Virus record (IMG/VR): IMGVR_UViG_3300046170_000151
Coordinates: 1 to 35,512 of that record
From: a virus
Taxonomy: Duplodnaviria; Caudoviricetes
Strand: one strand, 5' to 3'
DNA: 35,512 nt
The position numbers and the translations under genes were made by a program. Below the pieces are notes generated by a model. It saw only the letters and a program-made list of their open reading frames with translations, had not been told where the DNA came from and made no database searches. Positions 1 through 6,625 of the stretch are shown here, piece after piece (positions within the stretch are counted from its first letter, which is position 1; every line of letters begins with the position of its first letter).

Positions 1-12
1 GGCGCGAAACAC
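1..12. repeat. 12-bp terminal direct repeat GGCGCGAAACAC (putative cosN cohesive end), left copy
   Basis: Identical to 35501-35512; lies between a cosQ-like GGGTCCT and terS; same length as the lambda cohesive end. Confidence 0.8.
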
Positions 13-24
13 TCACGATTATCG

Positions 25-39
25 CCTGTCGGAGGACCC
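25..39 (-). other. cosQ-like packaging termination site GGGTCCT followed by CCGACAGG
   Basis: Minus strand reads GGGTCCT(39-33)-CCGACAGG(32-25), then 12 more nt, then the 12-mer. Lambda has cosQ GGGTCCT and CCGACAGG shortly before its nick site (recalled sequence). Confidence 0.65.
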
Positions 40-210
40 GCTTGCCTTCAACCTATTGATTTCATTAGACTTTTTGGCATGCCTGCCGCCTGGGCGTGAT
101 CAGCGGCGAATCATCGCGCCAACGCTCGCTCTACGACCGACCCAATGAATTCGCGGCCTGTAGCGATGCCAGCGCGTCGCGATATTACTAACAGGAATGA
201 TCATTCTAGA

Positions 211-410
211 TAAGGCCGCAAAAGGCCGACCGATAGCGCACCGGATACAGGCCGACCGCCACCCCCATGCAAGCGATCGCCTAGGCCGGCGGGTAAGCCG
301 ACCCTATACCCCGCGACTAGGCCGCTAGATAGGCCGCATTGATACCCGATACCGACTAGGCCGGCGGTATACCAGCGACTAGGCCAGCGGGTAGGCCGAC
401 GACTAGGCCG
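211..410 (+). repeat. Cluster of oriented AGGCC/TAGGCC repeats (CGACTAGGCC x4)
   Basis: About 10 AGGCC in 200 bp, all on +; CGACTAGGCC at 314, 353, 376 and 400; non-coding. Confidence 0.85.
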
Positions 411-454
411 TTCGATTGCCTATATAAGAAGGAATAAAAAGTTATCGTTTCGCG

Positions 455-484
455 TTTACTTTCCGGAATATCGGCCGTTATAAT
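455..484 (+). promoter_or_regulatory. sigma70-type early promoter
   Basis: TTTACT(455-460), 18 bp, perfect TATAAT(479-484); A-rich UP-like tract upstream; ORF with SD AGGGA at 534. Confidence 0.7.
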
Positions 485-533
485 TAGGCAACGGCGAGGC
501 ATTGGGTCGCGCCTATATAAAGGGAATCAAATC

Positions 534-779
534 ATGTTCAACCTAGATCACGCATTAAAAGCAGTAGATGGCGAATTGGTAACCGTATTGAGCGAGCGAG
601 ATGGGGATCAATTCTGCTATCCATCCGCAATTGTCGTCGTAAAGCGCAATCATCCGCTACACCCCTATGTAGCATGGCGCGCTATAGATTCAACGCGCGA
701 CGATATACCCGCTCACTTTGAAGGCGGCAATTACTGCGAGACATTGCAAGAAGCTCTCTCTGATAACCGTAGCGCTTAA
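534..779 (+). CDS. Hypothetical early protein (81 aa)
   Basis: SD AAGGGA, ATG, first gene after the promoter. Confidence 0.75.
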   Translation: MFNLDHALKAVDGELVTVLSERDGDQFCYPSAIVVVKRNHPLHPYVAWRAIDSTRDDIPAHFEGGNYCETLQEALSDNRSA

Positions 780-790
780 GGGGTCTAATT

Positions 791-998
791 ATGAGTAATG
801 AGCTAGAACGATTGGCGCGCGTCACTTATGCGCTATCAATAGCTATAAACGTCGCCTGGTGAGATCAATTCCCGCCGCGCGATAGACCAGGTCGAGAGAG
901 CCGTAGAATTAGGCGCGACCGATCGTGATATAGACCATTGCAAAAAGGCGGCACTATGCGTCGTCGAATATTTAACCGAACTGGAGGTGACACAATGA
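791..998 (+). pseudogene. Small early gene interrupted by a +1 frameshift (or sequencing error)
   Basis: MSNELERLARVTYALSIAI stops after 23 aa; removing one A of AAA(847-849) gives ...IAITSPGEINSRRAIDQVERAVELGATDRDIDHCKKAALCVVEYLTELEVTQ*, whose TGA overlaps the next ATG (ATGA 995-998). Confidence 0.6.
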
Positions 999-1279
999 AT
1001 CGCTCGAACATAGTAAAAAGGCAGGAAAGAATGCTAAAGCTTGCGAATAACTTAACTAATGAAGAGCTTTGCAGTCTTTTCAACATGACGTCCGGTCGCT
1101 TTGATATATATATCGGACGTTTAGGCAATTGCATGATTAGTACTAAAACAACGTGGGCCTGTATGAATGGCCCATATATTCAAGTCAATACTGAATTATC
1201 CGAATTCGATGATATGCGAGACGAATTCACTTTTGGCGAGGCATTTAAGCGACTTAAGAAGACAACCAAAAGCGCCTAG
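995..1279 (+). CDS. Hypothetical early protein (94 aa)
   Basis: SD GGAGGT before ATG 995, favoured over the 938 TTG of the ORF track. Confidence 0.75.
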   Translation: MNRSNIVKRQERMLKLANNLTNEELCSLFNMTSGRFDIYIGRLGNCMISTKTTWACMNGPYIQVNTELSEFDDMRDEFTFGEAFKRLKKTTKSA

Positions 1280-1316
1280 GGGTAGGCCGCTCATTAACTT
1301 AAAAGGAAAGGAAATT

Positions 1317-2021
1317 ATGAAATTACTATCTATTGGCAACAATGCAAAAACCATCAAATCAGATAAGCGCGGCGAGTACTTGACCGCGATTCTATACCTA
1401 GCGCCCGCCGATACCGTCGCTGGCATCAATGTTTGTCCAATGGCCGAAAAGGCCGGTTGTAAGGCCGCTTGCCTATATAGCGCTGGAAGAGGCGCATTTT
1501 CTAACGTACAGGCCGCGCGTATTCGCAAAACCGAATTATTTCGCGACGATCCCGTTTTGTTCGTAGATACCCTCGCCGCCGATATCTTAAAGGCCATCAA
1601 AAAGGCCGATCGCCTAGGCGTTCAATTAGCTGTGCGCTTGAATGGTACTAGTGACATCGCATGGGAAAATCAAAAGGGGTCGAACGGCCTATCGCTAATG
1701 GCGACTTTTCCCGATCTCACTTTTTACGATTATACGAAATTGCCGACTAGGCGCGTTCCGTCGAATTATCATCTTACCGCCTCATATAGCGCAGCCAATG
1801 CCGCCTATGCTAAAAAAGTGAGTAAGAGCGCGCACAATATATCGGTCGTTTTTAGGAGTGAATTACCCGACCAATATCTAGGCCGGCGCGTCATTAATGG
1901 CGACCGCGACGACCTACGCTTCACCGATCCCGATAACGTGATTGTGGGTCTACTAGCAAAAGGCGCGGCCAAGCGCGACAAATCCGGTTTCGTAATCGAT
2001 AACGTGATCGCGAGGGCTTAA
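1317..2021 (+). CDS. GP88-family (gene product 88) radical-SAM-like Fe-S protein, 234 aa
   Basis: SD AGGA before ATG 1317; motifs NAKTIK, YLAPA, VCPMAEKAGCKAACLYSAGRG, VRLNGTSD, FYDYTK, VINGDRDDLRF, GLLAKG. Confidence 0.75.
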   Translation: MKLLSIGNNAKTIKSDKRGEYLTAILYLAPADTVAGINVCPMAEKAGCKAACLYSAGRGAFSNVQAARIRKTELFRDDPVLFVDTLAADILKAIKKADRLGVQLAVRLNGTSDIAWENQKGSNGLSLMATFPDLTFYDYTKLPTRRVPSNYHLTASYSAANAAYAKKVSKSAHNISVVFRSELPDQYLGRRVINGDRDDLRFTDPDNVIVGLLAKGAAKRDKSGFVIDNVIARA

Positions 2022-2023
2022 CT

Positions 2024-2428
2024 ATGAATTCAGTCCTTAGATTAAGAGAGACCGAGTTTTCGCCTGTATCCGATATCCTCAATATCGCCGCTCGCGGTCA
2101 TAGGGAGGCCGAAACAATCGCCGACCGATACGCGCAACGGGTCGGTTTTGGTTATTGGGAATTAAATTTTAATGATCACGCGCAAAAACGCGCCGCGATT
2201 AGTCCGCAATCGTGCGGATATAAAGAGGGTTTAACCATGAGCAACGTAATAAAATTCCCGCGCAAGGTTCCCGAATTCGAGCGCGACTATGTGCCTATAA
2301 GGCGCGATCAGTTAATCGTTAAAGTACAGGCCGAAAAGCGCGCTGGATTTTGGTCGACCGCGCTGGTATCGGCGGCGGTCTTTACAATCTACGGTCTAAT
2401 CCTTTTAACCTTTTTCGAGGTGATCTGA
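2024..2428 (+). CDS. Hypothetical protein with C-terminal TM helix; probable internal start at 2237 (MSNVIKFPRK)
   Basis: SD GAGGG before both ATG 2024 and ATG 2237; hydrophobic C-terminus FWSTALVSAAVFTIYGLILLTFF. Confidence 0.6.
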   Translation: MNSVLRLRETEFSPVSDILNIAARGHREAETIADRYAQRVGFGYWELNFNDHAQKRAAISPQSCGYKEGLTMSNVIKFPRKVPEFERDYVPIRRDQLIVKVQAEKRAGFWSTALVSAAVFTIYGLILLTFFEVI

Positions 2429-2505
2429 TGGCCGATCATTGGCAAATAGCGCTCATGCTCGCGCTCTCGATCCTTCAAGGGATAATTCTAGTCGCATTCT
2501 ATTAA
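2428..2505 (+). CDS. 25-aa single-TM microprotein MADHWQIALMLALSILQGIILVAFY
   Basis: SD GAGGTG, TGATG coupling with the upstream gene; below the ORF-track cutoff. Confidence 0.55.
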   Translation: MADHWQIALMLALSILQGIILVAFY

Positions 2506-2527
2506 TACCGATTTTCGAGGTTTACTT

Positions 2528-2728
2528 ATGAAATTAATAAAAAGCATGAAAAGCGTTAAATGTAGCGAATGCGATGCCGCGATCAATAAGGGCGATCGCT
2601 ACGCGAAAAAGTCGAAAACAATAGGAAACCCAAGCCAATCCAGTATGGATAACGTAAACGGGATGCCTACAATGATTATGCGCGGCCTGGTCGTACAATT
2701 GAAAATTTGCGAATCGTGCGCGACATAA
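2528..2728 (+). CDS. Small Zn-finger protein (CxxC...CxxC)
   Basis: SD GAGG; CSEC and CESC motifs. Confidence 0.75.
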   Translation: MKLIKSMKSVKCSECDAAINKGDRYAKKSKTIGNPSQSSMDNVNGMPTMIMRGLVVQLKICESCAT

Positions 2729-2746
2729 TCCAATCGTAAATAAAAC

Positions 2747-2774
2747 AAAGGCCGTTAATCGCGGCCTTTTTTTT
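2747..2774 (+). terminator. Rho-independent terminator of the early operon (probably bidirectional)
   Basis: AAAGGCCG-TTAATCG-CGGCCTTT with a T8 run; A-rich tract upstream. Confidence 0.85.
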
Positions 2775-2931
2775 GCCTGGCGTTTACGCATTCCGACCCC
2801 TTACCCGATCCCCTATCCTATCCAGCCGAATAGCGGCCTTTTGCCATTGTCGCGCATATAAGCCGATTTAAGCGCCTTTTGCCGTTTACCGCTGTCACCC
2901 AGCCACTTTTGCCTATCGGCGCGCCTAGGCG

Positions 2932-2959
2932 ATTTTAGCGGCATTCTCGCGCATTTCAA
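2932..2959 (-). promoter_or_regulatory. Leftward sigma70-like promoter into the non-coding 2780-2925 region
   Basis: TTGAAA(2959-2954), 16 bp, TAAAAT(2937-2932). Confidence 0.4.
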
Positions 2960-3028
2960 TAATCAGTAACTGGCAATCGCTAAGCGCTTGTTTTATATAG
3001 ACTTTTCGAGGCCAGGACTTCAAAGCGG

Positions 3029-3047
3029 AATGCGAATGATTCGCGTT
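3029..3047. promoter_or_regulatory. Fur-box-like 9-1-9 inverted repeat AATGCGAAT-G-ATTCGCGTT
   Basis: 15/18 match to AATGAGAATNATTCTCATT; perfect inner palindrome GCGAAT-G-ATTCGC. Confidence 0.45.
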
Positions 3048-3087
3048 CAGGGTCGCTTCCGGAGGCCGATCCGGGGTCGATCCACCC

Positions 3088-3340
3088 ATAGCCATGGGAT
3101 AGCCATGGGATAGCCACATAGCGCCATGGGATAGCCATAGGATGCTGAACCATAGCCATGGGATGCTCACCCGCAGCCATGGGATACTCACGATTTCTTC
3201 GGCGGTTTCTTCTCACCAGGCTTGCCGAATATCTTGTCCCAGTTCTCTTCAAACTGGCTCTTCTTCACCTTCCTGGGTCGCTGTTTTGAACCTTTACTCA
3301 TCTCTGTCCACCTATAACCATGGGATAGCCATGGGATACT
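3088..3340 (+). repeat. Oriented CCATGGGAT repeat array (11-bp unit TAGCCATGGGA)
   Basis: Exact CCATGGGAT at 3092, 3103, 3124, 3156, 3177, 3318, 3329; variant CCATAGGAT at 3135. Confidence 0.9.
3188..3301 (-). CDS. 37-aa basic phage microprotein MSKGSKQRPRKVKKSQFEENWDKIFGKPGEKKPPKKS
   Basis: ATG 3301 with upstream GGTGG; MSKGSxxRP...FxxNWDxIFG pattern resembles small proteins of marine phages; missed by the ORF track. Confidence 0.65.
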   Translation of the reverse strand: MSKGSKQRPRKVKKSQFEENWDKIFGKPGEKKPPKKS

Positions 3341-4047
3341 TAACGGCCTCGTTGAATCGCTTTCATCTTAGCCTTAACCAGCTCTTGAGCAAACACCTTC
3401 CTCCATTCCTTCTGAAATCTAGTCTTTGCCATCCTTCTAGCGTCAAAGAACTTCTGTTGTACTCTTAAGTTTCCAAACTTAACTACCATTCGGATGGTCT
3501 GCCTGGCTATACCTCCACGCTTACCCTTCCTTCCCATTCTTTCCCAGAGTCCCACGTTGGGATCATCTGCGCTTATATTCTGGCTCTGTCTGCCTGAGTT
3601 AGGCGCTGACCCTCTGTAAGGCTTACCTGCGAAGAACTTAGGGTTATCGTATCTCTTGCTCACCGCTTTGTTAGCAATGTTGCCATAGCGGTTAGTGGAG
3701 ATATTCATAGGCTTGATCAAAACCTTTTTACTTGGCGTGACCTGGCCTCCGTCTATTGTTTTCATAATATAAGGACGGTCATCCTTAACATATAGGAATC
3801 CATAAAGCAGTTTCTTAGTGGATTTTGCGTACTGTACGGCCTGTTTAGACCATCTAGTAGCGCCCCCATCATAAACCCTGTCCATATCCCTAGAAGTGCC
3901 TTTTTTACCCTCAAACAGCATCTTATTGATGGCCTGAGAGGTTGCGAAAGGGATTTGCTCCTTAGAGTGGTTATCCAGGAACTTATGCATCCTTCTTGTA
4001 TCCATGGTGACATGAAACATCTTGCTATCCTTATCCGGTATAGGCAT
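3340..4047 (-). CDS. Basic virion morphogenesis protein, lambda gpZ-like / minor tail-completion type
   Basis: EQIPFATSQAIN...ATRWSKQAV...VGLWER pattern; highly basic; this gene type often lies just before cos. Confidence 0.55.
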   Translation of the reverse strand: MPIPDKDSKMFHVTMDTRRMHKFLDNHSKEQIPFATSQAINKMLFEGKKGTSRDMDRVYDGGATRWSKQAVQYAKSTKKLLYGFLYVKDDRPYIMKTIDGGQVTPSKKVLIKPMNISTNRYGNIANKAVSKRYDNPKFFAGKPYRGSAPNSGRQSQNISADDPNVGLWERMGRKGKRGGIARQTIRMVVKFGNLRVQQKFFDARRMAKTRFQKEWRKVFAQELVKAKMKAIQRGR

Positions 4048-4112
4048 AATTAATTATGCGCGGTGAGTTTTGCTTTCCTTTACTCTTTGTGGCCTACCCA
4101 GCCAACGCGCAG

Positions 4113-4337
4113 CTACAATAATTTATTCCTGAAGTCTAAAGTACTACGCCCTTCCTTCTGCTTCTTAGTAGTTAGCTGATAATCTATCTTCTGAATCTTG
4201 CCGCCAGCTTTGAGAAACCGAGCAATGTCTGCATCGATGATTGCCTGTAGCTTAGTCTTGCTTGCTTCGGTTATTTCGTTTTTGTAGGGAGTGCGGCTAA
4301 GGATGACGGTGTTTTTATCTATATCTGCAAGACTCAT
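4113..4337 (-). CDS. SutA-like RNA-polymerase-binding small protein
   Basis: DIARFLKAGGKIQKI resembles the SutA core EEFLxRGGKVQEI. Confidence 0.55.
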   Translation of the reverse strand: MSLADIDKNTVILSRTPYKNEITEASKTKLQAIIDADIARFLKAGGKIQKIDYQLTTKKQKEGRSTLDFRNKLL

Positions 4338-4759
4338 AAGATTATGTCCATGTTAAAAATGATAGGCAGACCAAGTTTTCGTCTTTGCTCTCTCCGGGCT
4401 AGAGACTCCTTGATTGTCTTGTAATCGCCGTAGGCAATGCGATCCCCTCGCTTAATAGTCTCATCTGCCATAGCTATTATACACTCATCCCAATCAGCCT
4501 TTTTGTTGAGCAGCCAGTGTTTGTCTTCCTCTCGTTCAAACGGCTTATCAAACAAGACCTCTGGCTTCAAACCAACCGCAGCAACTACGTCAACGCCGTT
4601 AGCGCCACAGGCGTGACAGTGACATAGGATAACGTCGTCTTTCTCTGTGATGCTCATCGAGGGATTTCTGTCACCATGAACAGGACAGCAAGCAGTCCAT
4701 CCATTAGGGGTCTTGCGAACCTTATCTAATCGCTCTAGAACTATTGAGATATTTAGCAT
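4334..4759 (-). CDS. Stand-alone primase-type CHC2 zinc-binding-domain protein (no TOPRIM)
   Basis: WTACCPVHGDRNPSMSI...LCHCHACG; only 141 aa. Confidence 0.8.
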   Translation of the reverse strand: MLNISIVLERLDKVRKTPNGWTACCPVHGDRNPSMSITEKDDVILCHCHACGANGVDVVAAVGLKPEVLFDKPFEREEDKHWLLNKKADWDECIIAMADETIKRGDRIAYGDYKTIKESLARREQRRKLGLPIIFNMDIIL

Positions 4760-6227
4760 TACCTTTGGCTCTCCTGATCGTCAGCATTTGTATCCAATTC
4801 TTCACATCCTTGGACTCTGTTTTTACTGGAATCTTATCTACATTGCGAGGCCAGACATCAAATTTAGACTTATAAGCGTGAGCCGCCCAGCCATCCGACC
4901 ATCCGCGAGACCTGGAATGATAGAGCAGCTCTCCGTACCATCTGTTTTTGTCCTGGCTCAGCGTAAGCTTGTCTACCTTCTTCAACATACCCCCTGTGTC
5001 CTTGAATACAGGCTCAGTCATAGCTAGTTCATAGCCACAGGCGCATTTGCGTCCAGTGAAGGTTGCGGAGCATACCGGACAGTCACGCATGATAGGCTCT
5101 TTTTCTTCCTTCTTCGTCTGATCGCGCTCGTCAAACTTCTTCTCTCCGTCATGCAGAGAGTCAGGTATTACATCCTCTGGGAACATACCGTGGCGATGCA
5201 GGTTTCCAGCGTGATCTAAGTAAATAGCTCGTTCCTTTCCTGGCGCTATTCTCCAGATGCGCCCTGCTCTTTGAATCCAGCTTATCTTCGAGTTCTTAGA
5301 CGTAGGGAAACAGTCTATCAATATCTCAACCGAGGGATCGTCATAGCCAGTGCCGAGCAAGCGACTGCATGACAGGACAAGCGAGCTTCCTGCTCGATGA
5401 TCAGCGTAGATATACTTGCGCTCGTCTTCAGGCATATAGCCGTCAATGTGTAGAGCCGGGATTCCTGCTGCGTTAAACTTCTCTACAAGCGCCCTGGAAT
5501 GAGCTACGGAAGGGCTGAACGCTATCGCTCGTTTAGTTAGGTCTGCCGAGTGTACCCGGTAGTTCTCTACCACATCTCCGTTGAATGTCTCGGAGTCAAT
5601 CATTGCAGCGCCGAGAGACTCGGCATCAAAGTCACTACCGCCTGTGGGAAGGGCTTTCTTCTTAATCCCCTTTGTACTGATCGTCTCGCCGACATAGTAG
5701 TCAGTGGGACATAGGTAATTTAGGTCAATTAATTGCCTTGGCGTGATCGGTACGAGTAAATCGTCCCAGTATTTACCCAGACCCTTAGAGTAAGGGGTAG
5801 CTGACAGTCCTATAAAAGGGACGTTGTCATACCTGGTCATAAAACCGTCTACCAGACCCTTATACATAGTGTGACATTCATCAACTATTGCCAGACCAAA
5901 GTTTAGATGCTTCCTGCGAACCGCTGTCTGAATAGATGCGATCTGTATCATCTTATTAGGGTTGTACCTGGGGTCATCGCCTTGCATGACGCTAAAGTCA
6001 GCGCCGAGCCGCTCAAACGTCTCAACCGTCTGGCCTACTAGCTTCACCCTATCGCAGAAGAAAATACTTCTCACGCCGTTCTCTGCCGCCCTCATCATGA
6101 TAAACGCTGCAATCATGGTCTTACCCATAGAGCAGGGAGCTGCCAGTAAAGGACGCTTATTACCTTTCCTGAGAGACTGTCTAATCTGCTCTACGGCAGC
6201 TTCTTGATGAGGTCTTAGCTCGATCAT
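4722..6227 (-). CDS. Superfamily 2 (DExH) helicase with C-terminal Zn ribbon
   Basis: LRPHQ, APCSMGKT, IVDECH, LSATP, GTGYDDP, QRAGR, LDHAGN, CPVC...CAC. Confidence 0.92.
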   Translation of the reverse strand: MIELRPHQEAAVEQIRQSLRKGNKRPLLAAPCSMGKTMIAAFIMMRAAENGVRSIFFCDRVKLVGQTVETFERLGADFSVMQGDDPRYNPNKMIQIASIQTAVRRKHLNFGLAIVDECHTMYKGLVDGFMTRYDNVPFIGLSATPYSKGLGKYWDDLLVPITPRQLIDLNYLCPTDYYVGETISTKGIKKKALPTGGSDFDAESLGAAMIDSETFNGDVVENYRVHSADLTKRAIAFSPSVAHSRALVEKFNAAGIPALHIDGYMPEDERKYIYADHRAGSSLVLSCSRLLGTGYDDPSVEILIDCFPTSKNSKISWIQRAGRIWRIAPGKERAIYLDHAGNLHRHGMFPEDVIPDSLHDGEKKFDERDQTKKEEKEPIMRDCPVCSATFTGRKCACGYELAMTEPVFKDTGGMLKKVDKLTLSQDKNRWYGELLYHSRSRGWSDGWAAHAYKSKFDVWPRNVDKIPVKTESKDVKNWIQMLTIRRAKGNAKYLNSSRAIR

Positions 6228-6625
6228 AGAGCCTCCCTGTAAAATATGTGGCGACCTATCTGACGTTTAGTTCCTAAGTTAGAAACCCAGTAAGGCTCGA
6301 TGTCATCTCTGTGGTAGTAAGTAGAACCGCCAGTAACATCTACGAGATTGCGCCAATTCACCGCAATACTGAGAGCTAGTGTGTACGCCTGTTCGTCTAC
6401 TATCACTTCTGGCTTACCATCGCACCAATAGCTGAAATGACACTGATTTCGAAGTGGATGACCTTTCCAGTAGCGACCTTGTTGGACTACCTCACAAGGC
6501 GTATCAGGGAAGTAAGGACTTTCGACCCTGTTCATGATGGTATTCGCTACTGCTACTTGTCCCTCTAATGGCTCAGACCTAGCCTCGAAGTAGATAGCCA
6601 TAGCAATACAGGCGACTTCTAACAT
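6224..6625 (-). CDS. SleB-like cell wall hydrolase (Hydrolase_2)
   Basis: CIAMAIYFEARSE, VANTIMNRV, FPDTPCEVV, CHFSYWCDG, GSTYYH, IGRHIFY. Confidence 0.9.
   Translation of the reverse strand: MLEVACIAMAIYFEARSEPLEGQVAVANTIMNRVESPYFPDTPCEVVQQGRYWKGHPLRNQCHFSYWCDGKPEVIVDEQAYTLALSIAVNWRNLVDVTGGSTYYHRDDIEPYWVSNLGTKRQIGRHIFYREAL

Noticed and set aside
1167-1316. N-terminal extensions in the ORF track (1167, also 938, 8020, 8764, 10160, 7540)
   Set aside because: Downstream ATGs (1317, 995, 8089, 8782, 10178, 7480) have better SD sites or avoid overlaps.
3088-3190. CsrB/RsmZ-like sponge RNA
   Set aside because: The motif is UGGGA rather than ANGGA/AGGA in most copies, and I see no clear promoter-terminator pair.
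3088-3340. CCATGGGAT array as a CRISPR or mini-array
   Set aside because: Repeats are 9-11 bp with mostly 2-12-bp gaps, there are no spacer-sized unique sequences, and no cas genes.
2925-3468. ORFs 2925-3191, 2980-3252 and 3142-3468
   Set aside because: Translations merely reflect the repeats (PWL, HPMA, HG) and lack SD sites; the 37-aa ORF 3188-3301 is the better call.
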